Positions 39,915 to 50,977 of a stretch of 64,000 nucleotides of DNA are shown piece after piece; the stretch's first letter is position 1, and each line of letters starts with the position of its first letter. The notes beneath the pieces are model-generated. The model was not told the origin of the DNA. It worked only from the letters and a program-made list of their open reading frames with translations, and searched no databases. Source of the stretch: an uncultured delta proteobacterium. Its GTDB lineage: Bacteria; Desulfobacterota; Desulfuromonadia; Geobacterales; DSM-12255. Made by a program: the position numbers and the translations under genes. The stretch is from positions 192,001-256,000 of the forward strand of contig CAWBBV010000001.1 in assembly GCA_963787125.1 (NCBI GenBank), written 5' to 3'.

Positions 39915-41159
39915 ATGCAAGCACAAGGAAGTTTCAGTCAGATCACCATGCAGATGGAGAACGCCTATAAGACGCTCCCCACCAGCGTCAAAGCAAAAAA
40001 GGTTTATTTTGCCGACGGCGACCCCGGCTTTACCCAGGGGCTCGAAGATTCAAATGTCATGCGCGGCGCCAGCCGCCAGCCGACGGCACCGACTCGTGGG
40101 GCCGTCGATTCCAGCGGCAGCATCAATACCGAACTGCAGGCGACGTCGCCGCTGTTGTACGCCGCTATGGGCTCCATGGAAAGCACTATGACCGGCGGCG
40201 TCATGGGTACGGCCCTGACAACCCCGGCGGCCGTTATCGATGCGGTCAACCAGTTGGTGACCTTTACTGTTACCGCCCACGGCCTGGTCGTCGGCGACAG
40301 CGTCGAGATTCTCGCCATCACCGCCCCGACCACCCTTAATGGCAAGATCTGGCCGGTTGTTGCCGTGCCGTCCGTCAACACCTTCATTATCCGCATCGCC
40401 ATGGGGTCGACTTCAACCTTTACCCTCGGCGCGGGAACAGTGAAAAAAGTCACCACTGCCGGCATCCTCACCCACACCCTGAAAGCCGGCGGCAACCTGC
40501 CGTCCTACGTGGTTGAATTCGGCTATACCGATATCAATCAATACCTGCGCGAGATGGGGCAAAAAGTTAGTGAAATCAGTTTCTCCCTGGGGGCAAAAGG
40601 GCCGATCAGCCTGGCGACCAAATTTATGGGGGCCACCGAAACCACTGCGACGTCCCCTTTTGATGCTGCCCCGCTGGATAACGGCAAGCGCAGCTTTGAC
40701 AATCTCGGTATTGCCGCCGCCGATATGAAAGAGAACGGCTCAGCCATTGCCAGCATCCTCAGCGTTGACGGCATCACCCTCAATAACCAGCTTGACGGCG
40801 ACACTTTTGTTGTCGGCGGTCAGGGGACCCGCGGCGCGGTTAATGCCGGCGCTTTTAAACTCAGCGGCTCGGTAAAGGCGATCTTTGAAGATCTGGTTCT
40901 GTACAATAAGGCCAAGGCCCTCACCGAAAGCAGCCTGGACTTCACCATCAAGCGCGGTACCGGCGACGGTTCCGACACTAATGAGAGTCTCCAGGTCGTC
41001 ATCACCGAACTGGTTTTTGCGGTCAAGTCCCCGGCGATTTCAGGCCCCAAAGGGGTCGTTGGTGAATACTCCTTTACCGGCTACTACGATAACTCCGCCG
41101 ACGGGACCGCCTTCAAGATGATCCTCAAAAACAGCGTGCTCCCCGGAGCAATGATCTAA
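39915..41159 (+). CDS. tail tube (major tail) protein with inserted beta-domain
   Basis: LPSYVVEFGYTD...SPAISGPKGV; insert VTAHGLVVGDSVEI...LNG.W.V..V..NTF. Confidence 0.75.
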   Translation: MQAQGSFSQITMQMENAYKTLPTSVKAKKVYFADGDPGFTQGLEDSNVMRGASRQPTAPTRGAVDSSGSINTELQATSPLLYAAMGSMESTMTGGVMGTALTTPAAVIDAVNQLVTFTVTAHGLVVGDSVEILAITAPTTLNGKIWPVVAVPSVNTFIIRIAMGSTSTFTLGAGTVKKVTTAGILTHTLKAGGNLPSYVVEFGYTDINQYLREMGQKVSEISFSLGAKGPISLATKFMGATETTATSPFDAAPLDNGKRSFDNLGIAAADMKENGSAIASILSVDGITLNNQLDGDTFVVGGQGTRGAVNAGAFKLSGSVKAIFEDLVLYNKAKALTESSLDFTIKRGTGDGSDTNESLQVVITELVFAVKSPAISGPKGVVGEYSFTGYYDNSADGTAFKMILKNSVLPGAMI

Positions 41160-41185
41160 CTCACGAACTAAAGGAGATTCACCCC

Positions 41186-41973
41186 ATGGCGTTAAAAGAC
41201 CTGTGCACCGAAGAAGCCGCCGATAACGGCATTGAAATAGAACTGTACCACCCAGCCAGCGGCGCTCCCCTGGGGATCGTTGTCACCATGTGCGGCTCCG
41301 ACTCCCAAGCCTATATGGATGCCGATCGCAAGATCCGCAATCGTCAGCTGGAGCAGGCCAAACGCAAGCGCGACTTTACTGTCGGCATGGAGCCGGAAGT
41401 TGTTGAAGCCGCCCTGATCGAACGGATGAAAGCCTGTTTCAAGGGTTGGAAAGAGAAAAAAGCTGACGGCTCTTACAAAGACAGCGTCGAGTTTGACGCC
41501 GGCGTCGAGCTGGCCTCCACCAAAGAAGAGTTTGCCAAGATCATCTCGCGCCGTGGCTTTTTCTGGTTCAAGCAGCAGGTGCAGGAAGGGATGGATAAGG
41601 TGACTAATTTTTTGCCGAAGCTGCAGAGCGGATCCTCGCCTGCGCCGAGTTCCGCTTCAAATATGACTGTCCAGGAAAGGACGGAGTAACCCTACGGGAA
41701 GAACTGCAAGCGGCTGAATCCCGCACCGGCAGATCACTCCTGGAGGAGGAGCCTGAATTTCCCCAGGAGCTGGAACATCTCTGGAACTGGTTCCAGGCCT
41801 TAAGTAACACCAGGGGCGGCGGCTTCGGCCCCGCCCCGATATCATACCAGGAGATGCTTGCCTGGAGTCAGCTGACCGGCAATCAGCCAAACCCCTGGGA
41901 AGTGGACATCATCAAGCGGCTTGATGCTACTTACCTGCAGCACCAGACAAAAGAAGAGCGCACCAACCCTTGA
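41186..41973 (+). CDS. tail assembly chaperones G/GT via programmed -1 frameshift
   Basis: G ORF 41186..41689; slippery T-TTT-TTG at 41608-41614; -1 frame open to TGA 41973 encoding LWNWFQALSNTRGGGFGPAPISYQE...PWEVDIIKRLD. Confidence 0.8.
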
Positions 41974-42011
41974 TTGAAAGGGTCTTTAATCGGAGTTAAA
42001 CGAGGCTTTAC

Positions 42012-45000
42012 ATGGGTGATCTCGGCAAACTGAAACTGACACTGGAAGTTGATGGACAGGGCAATGTTACCGGAGCCATAGGTGATGTGGAGCGTTCTGC
42101 CGGGAGAATGGCCAGCTCGACCAGCTCCGCCGGCGGGCGCATGGCCCAGGATACTGCCGCGGCTTCCGGGCAGATGGTGGGGTCGTTCAACAATATCACC
42201 AGTGCTATCCAGACCGCCGTTGCCGCTATGGCTGCCTGGAAGCTGACTGCTGTTATTAAGGACACTGTTATGTTCGCAGCCAACCTTGAGATGGCAAACA
42301 GGATTTTAGCCGTAGTTGGGAACAACACGGGTAGCACTGCTGCAGAAATGTACAAATATCGCGATAGTTTAAAAGCTATAAATATTACCTCAATGGCAGC
42401 AACCAGCACAATCGCCCTGTTTGCTAGATCAGGGCTGGAGCTTGATAAAGCAATCCCGCTCGCCAGGCTGGCACAGGGTGCAGCAAGGATGGCATCACTA
42501 AGCGGTGAAACGGTATCCTCATCTGAAGCTCTGACCCGAATAACGCACGGCATTATCTCAATGCAGCCAGAAGTGCTTAAGCTCTTTGGGATTACAACTA
42601 CGCTGGAAGGCGTTATGCGTAAATACAAACAGACGACCGGTGAATCTGCGGAAACCCTTTCAGAGCAGCAGCGTCAACAGCTGTTTTTAAATGGAGTTTT
42701 GGAAAACGGTACGGCTTTAATGTCCATCTATGTGAATACTCTGGATCTTGCCGCAGCTAAAATCGCCTCATCACAGCGGCCTATTGAAGAGCTTAAAGGC
42801 GCATTGGGTGACCTGTTTCTGCCACAACTATCCGCTGCCGCCGCCGCCTTTTACACAGTTGTATCCGATGGCATGAAATGGGTGAGGCAACATACCGATG
42901 ATTTAACCGCCCTTAAACTTGTCTTAAAGGATGCCGCTGCCGGGCTCCTGTTCGCTGCCGGTGCGACAACTGCTTATACGGTCGCTGTTGGCCTTGCTAG
43001 TGTCGCGACAGGAGGACTTGCCGCTGGAGCGGGTGTTTTTACCGGCGTCTGGACTGCGCTTACTTCTGCGGTTTCATTGTCAGGAGCAGCAATGACGACC
43101 ACTGCCATCCAAACAGGCATGATGGGTGAATCGATTGCAGTTGCCTCAACAACTGCCAGCATAGGGCTTCTCTCAGTCAAGGCAGCTTTCAGTGTGCTGA
43201 CTGCCGCTTTTATCGGCTGGGAGCTTGGCCAATTGTTAAATCGGTTCGAGATCGTTCGCAAGGCCGGGGTGGTGATGGTTTACGGCATTATGGGGGCCTG
43301 GCACGAGCTTGAAACCGCTTGGGATCGCTTCAAGGTTTCGTGGAACCCGTTTGGTGATGAAGATGAACAGCAGGCAAAGCTTAAGAAAATAGATGCAGAC
43401 TATGCCGAATGGACCGCCAGCTTTAAAAAGAACTTTGCCGAGCAGATGAAGGATGTCTCAAAAGATGCGCCGTTGCCGGGAGCAAAACTATACGTTGATG
43501 ATAAAACTGCTATAGCAAAAGCACTTAAAGATAAGGCCGATGCAGCCGCTGCTGCAAAAAAAGCTGCTGCCGATAAGGCGATAGCCGATGCAGCCGAATT
43601 AGCCGAAAAGCAGGCAGCCTACAACAAACAGGTAGGTGACGCTAAAGCCGCCGTTTTAAAGACACAGGCCGACGAAGCCAAGAAACTGCTTGATGCCCAG
43701 ACTAAAGATAAACTGGCCGCCCTCGAATCTGAGAAAGAGCTGGGGCTGCGTTCGACCCAGTCATTTCTTGATGAGAAGTACCGCATCGAAACCGAGGCAT
43801 ACGCAAAACTTCAGAAAGATGCTGATGCTCAGGTAGTGGCGCGGCAGGCAGTACTCGATACGGTCAACAAAAGTAACGCGACAGATCGGATCCAGCAGGC
43901 ACAGGAAGAGCAGAAAGTCGCTGCGGCCAAAGGTGAAGCTGCCCTGGCTGCCTATAAGCTGCAACAACTGCCGGCAGAAAAGGCCCGTGATCAGGCAAAG
44001 CTGGATCTGGAAACAGTGCAGCGCAATTCTGACCTGATTGTCGCCACCACCAATAACCAGCTGGCAGAACTGACCGCAGCTGAAAAGAATTATCAAATCA
44101 GCGTGGAAGACGCCGCTACCAGACGGATTGGTCTGCTGATGCAGCAGCGTGACGCGCAGCAGGCTATTTATGACTCGATCAAAGGCACGGAAGATGTCGC
44201 CAAGTTAGCCAGGCAGAAAGCCCAGGATCAAATCGTCGCCATTAACGGCAAGCTCCTTGATCAACAGCTTATCCTCCGCGATCATAGTGCCTGGGATGCC
44301 GCCAGGGTTGCCCTGGAAGAATACGCCCGCGCCGCCATGGACTTAGGCGCGCAAACCAAAGGCTTTGTTACCGACATGCTCAAAGGCATGGAAGACGCCC
44401 TGGTGCAGTTCGTCCGCCATGGCAAAATCTCCTTCACCTCCCTGACCAACTCCATCCTCGACGACTTCGCCCGGATCGCCGTCAAGCAGACGGTCATGGG
44501 GCCGCTGGCCGGAATGCTCGGCAGCATGATGGCCGGCACGACGTCTGCTTTTGCCGCCGCCGCCCCGGCTAGCGGCTTTGATGCTGCCGGTAGTGCCATG
44601 GCATCATTCGCACCAGGTACTCTCGGGGCGATGCTGAGCGGCTCAGCCGCACCGGTAACAACTGCCGTCTCCACCGGTGCCTCCTCGGGTATCGCCACTG
44701 GTATAGTCGCCGCCGCGCCTTATCTGGCGGCTGCTGCCGGGGCATACATGGCGGTAAACTTTGCCAAGGACTATTTGGCAAGGGTGGCATGTGGGGAGAG
44801 CATACCAGTACGCAGAAAGCTGCAATAGGGGCAAGTGACTTCGCCAGTATCGGCACGCTTGGTGCCTCTTACGTTGTGGATAAACTTACCAACGGCGGGC
44901 TTTTCGGCACTACCTGGAAAGCAACCGGTGGTGGCCTCTCTCTTGGGGTCGGTGCTGATGGGCTCGAGTCCGCTAATTATGTTGAGCAGAAAAAGAAGAA

Positions 45001-48000
45001 GAGTTTCTTTCGGGGCAATGCTTATCAAACCAACTACAGCTCCGTTGATGACCAGCTGCAGGCATTCCTCTCCGGCCAGTATGGCGCAGTCACCAGCGGC
45101 ATCAAGACTGGTGCGGGAATCCTGGGCGGCTCCGGCGATCTCTCCGGTTTCACCTCTGCGGCTAAAAGATCAGCCTGGCCGGGCTCGACTCCAAAGCCCA
45201 GCAGGATGCCATTGCCGCTTATTTCAAGGGCATCTCCGACGAAGCTATCAAGAGCCTTTACGCCGATATTGGCGACTATGCCAAGCTGGGTGAAGGTGCA
45301 ACTGAGACGTTCCAGCGTCTGACCTCCTCTCTCCAGCTTGTAAATGAGAATTTCAGTCTGCTGGGGGTCAAACTCAATCAGCTCGGCCTGGACGGCGCGG
45401 CCGTTGCCGATACTCTTGTCCAGGCTCTCGGTGGGCTACAAGCCGCCGGGAAGATTTTCAGTGATTACTACAGTAGCAGCCTCTTTACCGCCGCCGAACA
45501 GAACGCCCTCAAAATGACTGCCGCGCAGAATCAGGTAGCAGCCACCTTTGCAACTCTCGGCCTGACTATGCCGAGAACCAACGACGAATTCAAAACGCTG
45601 GTCAATCAGCAGCTGGCGCTTGGCGCCGCCGGAGCCGACACCGCTGCCGCACTTCTAAAAGTTCACGGCGCTTTTGCCACCGTTACTGAATCCGTGCAAA
45701 AGATGGTTGACGACCTGACTGCCGCTGACCAGAAGATTGTCGATGCTGCGGGGAAGGCGCTGTTAAGTAGTGTCTCTACTGCCCAAAGCCTCCTCGGTTC
45801 CCTCAAAACCATTTTGACCGGGCCACTGGCAGGTCTCTCGCCGACTGATGCCTACAACCAGGCAAAAGCTCAGTGGGCAACAGCCGATGCCAGCAACGCC
45901 GGTGATCGTGGGCAAGCGCTCCTGGAAGCGTCCCGCGGCATGAACGCCTCCGGCAGCAGTTACCAGGCTGACTTTGCCGCCGTCACCGCCAAGCTCGCTA
46001 AGCTGGCCGAAGTCGCGCCGACGCTCTCCTTTGTCGAGCAGCAGATCAAACTCCTGGGCGAGATCAAAACTGCCGTCGAAACCGGCGATGCTGCCCAGGC
46101 CGCCGCGCTGCAAGTGACGTTTAATGCGGCTCAAATCGATATGGGGACAGCGGGTAATTCTCTTTCTCAAGCATTGACCGGCATCCAGTCCGCCCTTGAT
46201 ACCCGCATCACCGAGGGGACTTCCAAAGCCGAGATTCAACAGCAGATCAGCCTGCTGCAAGCCCAGCTCAATACCGGCGTCACCGGCACAGCCAAGGATG
46301 CGATTAACAACTCCATCGGCGCGCTGCAACTGGCCATGAACGGCACCATCTCCGCTGCCACCGCCAACGCCGCCATCTACGGCACTTATGCCGCTGTCCA
46401 GGGAGCACTTGACGGCACTATCAACGGCACCACAGCCGCCAATAGTATCGCTACTCAGGCGCTGACTATCCAGCAGACTCTCAATAGCACTATCAACGGC
46501 ACCACCGCCGCCGGGCTGCTCGCCACGCAATCCGGCTTGATCCAGAGTGCCGTCAGCGGCGCAATAGACGGCCCGACTGCGCTAACTGCCCTGATACCCA
46601 GAGCGCCCTGATTAACAGCTCCCTTAACGGCTCCATCAATGGCGCGGCTGTTGCCAGTGTTATTAGTGGCCAGGCCGGGATCGTCGCCCTGGCGCTGAAC
46701 GGTGCCATTAACGGCCCGGCAGCAAAAACCGAGATATATCTCCAGGCACAGATCATCAAAGGGGCACTGGCCGGGACGGTGATGGCGCTTCAGCAAAAAC
46801 GGCTATCGACATCCAATCCCGCTATATCGCCGTGGCTGTTACCGGCCTGCAGCAGTCTGTCGGCGCGAATATCAATACAGCGGTGTCGCCGACGCTGGCG
46901 CTGGGTAGATCGAATCTGCAAAATGAAATCACAGCGCCGATTCTTTCCGCGACGGATGCCTCACTCGAACTCGGCAGATACCGTCTCCAGAATGAAATCA
47001 CTGCGCCGATCAGTGCGGTCACCGACCCTTCCCTTGCTCAAGGCCGGGAGAATTTAGCCGCTCAGGTCGAGGTGGGGCATTGATCCCAACACCGACCCGT
47101 CACTGGCTCAGGGTAGAAATAATCTCAATGCTCAGGTAACCGGCGGCATCAACCCCTATGCTGATATGTCCCTGTTTAACGGACGGATGAATCTCCAAGC
47201 CCAAGTCACCGGCGGGATTGACGCCACCACCAGCAGCAGCCTTGCTATCGGCAGAGCAAATCTCCAGGCACAGGTTGGCGCGGGGATTGATGGCACACCC
47301 AGCTGGACACTGGCGCAGGCTCGGCTGAATCTCCAGAATGAAATCGCAGCTGCTATTAATCCTGCAACACATCTGTCTCTTACTCAAGGTAGATTGAACC
47401 TACAAACAGAGGTTACTTCAGGAATTAACCAAAACCCTAGCTCTACGCTTTGGATGGGCCGTTATAACCTGCAAACTCAAGTGACTACAGGGATAGCGAC
47501 TCAAACCGATCCTTCGTTGGCTGCTGGGCGTAATAATCTCCAGACGCAGGTAACTACCGGCATTGATCCCACAGTCTCCACCACTTTTGCCAGCGGCAGA
47601 GCGGCTGTTCAAACAGAACTGGAGAAGGGTTTTGCCACAACCCCGGCAGTCACTAATATCGACAGCGCGTTTGGCTCGGTTAAAACCGCTCTTGATAGTG
47701 GCCTGAATACCGGCACAAACTCGGTGGCGGCAGTCCTGGCCGCCTTTAACCAGGCGCTGGCTAAATCGGCAGCTGATACCTCCAAAGGGCTGACTAATTT
47801 TATCACCGCCATGGAGGTCATGCAGACCTACCCCACTAAAATGACTGATTATAATAATGCTGAGGCTAGTTTAAAGAATCAGTATGTTAATGGCAGTGTA
47901 TCTACGACTGACTTTGCAACGCAATCACAGGCACAGTATGCACCTGTTAAATCACTTTATGATAAAGGGGTCGCTGCTGGATTAACTACTTTAACTGCAC

Positions 48001-48542
48001 CTGACGACCCGGCAGCTTCCAAAGCCATGATAGATGAACGTATGGCTATTTATGCATTGAGTAATCTGAATAGTCCTGCATATCGTCCTTTCTGGGGAGG
48101 CCCCGCTTACAGTGCCATGCAAATGATGAACATGGGTTTAATGCCATATTCACAAAATTTGGACCTGAATCGTGATGGTGTATTAAATGCTGTTGATGCA
48201 CAATCTTGGGCAGGTATACAAAATCGTTCATTGCCGTATTCATCCCTCGGTCTCCCTGCCTTCGCCCTCGGCGGAATCACATCCGGACCATCTATCGCCG
48301 GAGAGGCCGGCTATCCCGAAGCGATTGTGCCGCTGCCGAATGGCCGCAGCATCCCGGTGCAGATGACCGGATCTGCTGACAATCGTGAAACCATAGCTGA
48401 GCTTAAAGAGCAAAATCGACTTCTCACCGCCGCCGTGAAAGTGCTGCAAGCAGGGTTTACGGCTCTCGTTGATGGCCAGACAGAAGGTAACAAATCACTC
48501 AAATCTGTAGAAAGTGGTGCTGAGTTAAGGATGGCAAGCTAA
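42012..48542 (+). CDS. tape measure protein (~2170 aa reconstructed; several frameshifts)
   Basis: Ala-rich helical ORFs 42012..44828, 44789..45322, 45514..46611, 47166..48542 joinable by single-base changes; C-terminal FALGG...AGEAGYPEAIVPL. Confidence 0.8.
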
Positions 48543-50974
48543 TGGCAACGATCAAGCTCATCGAAATAGACGGGTATGATGCCGTTTCCGCCACTGTTAA
48601 AACCAGCTACTTTTGCACCGGCAACGGTTTCATCTCCGGCACTACAACCTATCTGCCCAGGATCAAGCAGCCGGGGAATATCAAGGTCGCCATGTTTGCC
48701 GACGGCACAACCGGCGGAGCTTCTGAAATAAACAAGGGGATCATCTCCCTGGTTAATCTGGATGGCGCGCTGGATTATCTCAACACCTACGGCTTTGACG
48801 GTAGACGGATATCGCTAAAGGAGGTCGATGAATCAGGCCGGATTGATACTCTCTTTGTCGGCACGATGGAGCAGCCGGTTTTTACCTGGGAACTGATCAG
48901 CTTCAGAGTGCGGGATTTCATGGCGTTGATCAATGTCCCGCTCCAGAGTGTTAAATATTTGGGCAACAATGTCTTACCGGATGGCCTTGAAGGCGGAGAC
49001 GATATCAAGGGTAAAGTCAAGCCGCTCTGCTTTGGCTCTGTTTTCAACGTCAGCCCGCTGCTGGTAAATACCGCCAAACTCACCTACCAGGTTCACGCCG
49101 GCAATGTGGCGGCAATCGTTGTTTATGATATGGGCGTTGAACTGGCCGCCGGGGTCAATTATGCAACCTCGGCACTGCTGCAGGCGGCGATGCCTGGCGC
49201 CGGGACGTATGACACGTGCATTGCTGAGGGGTATTTCCGTCTAGGATCTACTCCCGCCGGTGATGTGACCTGCGATGTGGATGAAGGGGGATCTGCTGCC
49301 AATAACTCCACCGCTCAGGTCAGTAAGCGCATTGTCAGCCGGGCGGTGCCTGCTACTAATATCTCGCAAAAAAGCATTAATGACGCCGACTTGTTCAACG
49401 CCACGCCAGTCGGTATCTGGGTAGATAGTGAAGCCAGGGTGAACAGTGTTCTCGATGAGATCGTCAACAGTATTGGCCTCTGGTATTCCTTTGATACGAC
49501 TGGCGTCTGGGAGCTGAAGCCGCTGCTCACCCCCAGTACCACAGCGGTCGCCATCCTGACTGATATGAAAAGTATCACCAAGCTGCCGACAAATGATGCC
49601 GGCAGAGGAGTTCCCCCGTACAAATATATCCTCGAGTATCTGAAAAACTACAGCGTCCAGAAAACTGTCGGCGGAGCGTCGACCCGCCTGCCGTTTGCCT
49701 CGCTGGAATATCGCACTGCTGCCCCGGCCATTGATGCCGCCGTGCAGGTAAAGCATCTGCTGGCGGGAGAGCTGCGGGGATCAACTTACATTATCACCCC
49801 GGCAGCTGCTGACGCTGAAGCGCTCCGGCGGCTGAATCTGCAAAAGGAAGATCGGGAACGGCTGCAGATCACTCTGGAGCGGCCCCTGCTGCAATATCCT
49901 CTGGCCGGTCATTGGGACAATGCAGCAGTGTCGGAGTTACCGACCAATATCCAAAGCCATTGCGCCATTGTAGTTGATGATTACTTATACGTAATTGGTG
50001 GCTGTACCGGCTCGGCGGTAACAACAGTAACCGCCGCGGTTGTTCGTTTGGACATGAAAAATCCGGGCGGTATTTGGGAAGCTAATGCCAGTTGGAATTT
50101 ACCCGCCGCCATGTATGGCATGGGTGTCGGTGCCTACAATGGTAAGATTTACCTGACAGGCGGGCGTGGTGGTGGCGGCGCGCCGTTCACTTCCCGCGCC
50201 GTTTATGTGCTGGATACTGCCAATCTATCTGCCGGGTGGGTGGATCAAACCGCCTTGGCAATGCCTTACGGCAACTATAATCATAAATCATTTATCAAAG
50301 GCAGCATTCTTTATGTGATCGGGGGCTTGTTTACCCAGCCGTGGTTTATTGACCTCGCGGCAACTACCCCGGCATGGGATACCACCACCCTGCCGTTTTT
50401 CTCTGATGTCCGGATGTCGTATCTCGGCATAGCTGTTTGGGGTAGCTATGTTTACCGGATTGGCGGCCTGAACGGCTCTATTGGCGTGGTTTACACCCAT
50501 CGCCTTGACTTGGATAATCCGACCTCCTGGGATACTACGGCTATCGCAGAACTGCCCGCTAACAGGTTCGGGGTAGCTACTGCAATTCTAAACAATTACC
50601 TTTATATTCTGGGGGGGATAATTGGCTCCAGTAGTGCATCTGCCACCGTTGTGCGGATAAATCTCAATGATACGACAGCTGTCTGGGAGGATATTCTGAT
50701 TGCTGATCTGCCGGTTGCCCTGGGTGTCGGTGCGGCAATTGTATATAACGGCGATATTTATATGATCGGGGGCTTTAATGGCAGTGCTGTCTACGACAGT
50801 ACCTACGTTTATCGCAACAACGAAGCCAGCTCAAAAGCCAATCTCTATAATATGGGGAACACCGTAACTGTCCAGCTGCCACGCTATGGCTATAATGCCG
50901 GCAAGAACTTTGTGGTGATCGGCACGGAAACCAACTTTGGAACTGATGAAATAACTTTGGATTTGTGGGGTTAA
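48542..50974 (+). CDS. tail tip/hub protein with inserted Kelch beta-propeller
   Basis: GKVKPLCFGSVFNVSP N-terminal part; six YxIGG/YxTGG Kelch repeats; C-terminal PRYG...G..F.VIG...LDLWG. Confidence 0.78.
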   Translation: MATIKLIEIDGYDAVSATVKTSYFCTGNGFISGTTTYLPRIKQPGNIKVAMFADGTTGGASEINKGIISLVNLDGALDYLNTYGFDGRRISLKEVDESGRIDTLFVGTMEQPVFTWELISFRVRDFMALINVPLQSVKYLGNNVLPDGLEGGDDIKGKVKPLCFGSVFNVSPLLVNTAKLTYQVHAGNVAAIVVYDMGVELAAGVNYATSALLQAAMPGAGTYDTCIAEGYFRLGSTPAGDVTCDVDEGGSAANNSTAQVSKRIVSRAVPATNISQKSINDADLFNATPVGIWVDSEARVNSVLDEIVNSIGLWYSFDTTGVWELKPLLTPSTTAVAILTDMKSITKLPTNDAGRGVPPYKYILEYLKNYSVQKTVGGASTRLPFASLEYRTAAPAIDAAVQVKHLLAGELRGSTYIITPAAADAEALRRLNLQKEDRERLQITLERPLLQYPLAGHWDNAAVSELPTNIQSHCAIVVDDYLYVIGGCTGSAVTTVTAAVVRLDMKNPGGIWEANASWNLPAAMYGMGVGAYNGKIYLTGGRGGGGAPFTSRAVYVLDTANLSAGWVDQTALAMPYGNYNHKSFIKGSILYVIGGLFTQPWFIDLAATTPAWDTTTLPFFSDVRMSYLGIAVWGSYVYRIGGLNGSIGVVYTHRLDLDNPTSWDTTAIAELPANRFGVATAILNNYLYILGGIIGSSSASATVVRINLNDTTAVWEDILIADLPVALGVGAAIVYNGDIYMIGGFNGSAVYDSTYVYRNNEASSKANLYNMGNTVTVQLPRYGYNAGKNFVVIGTETNFGTDEITLDLWG

Positions 50975-50977
50975 GCA

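Noticed and set aside
46900..47660. 69-bp periodic repeats as CRISPR array or DGR template
   Set aside because: Degenerate at synonymous positions and protein-coding; no reverse transcriptase or cas gene in the window.
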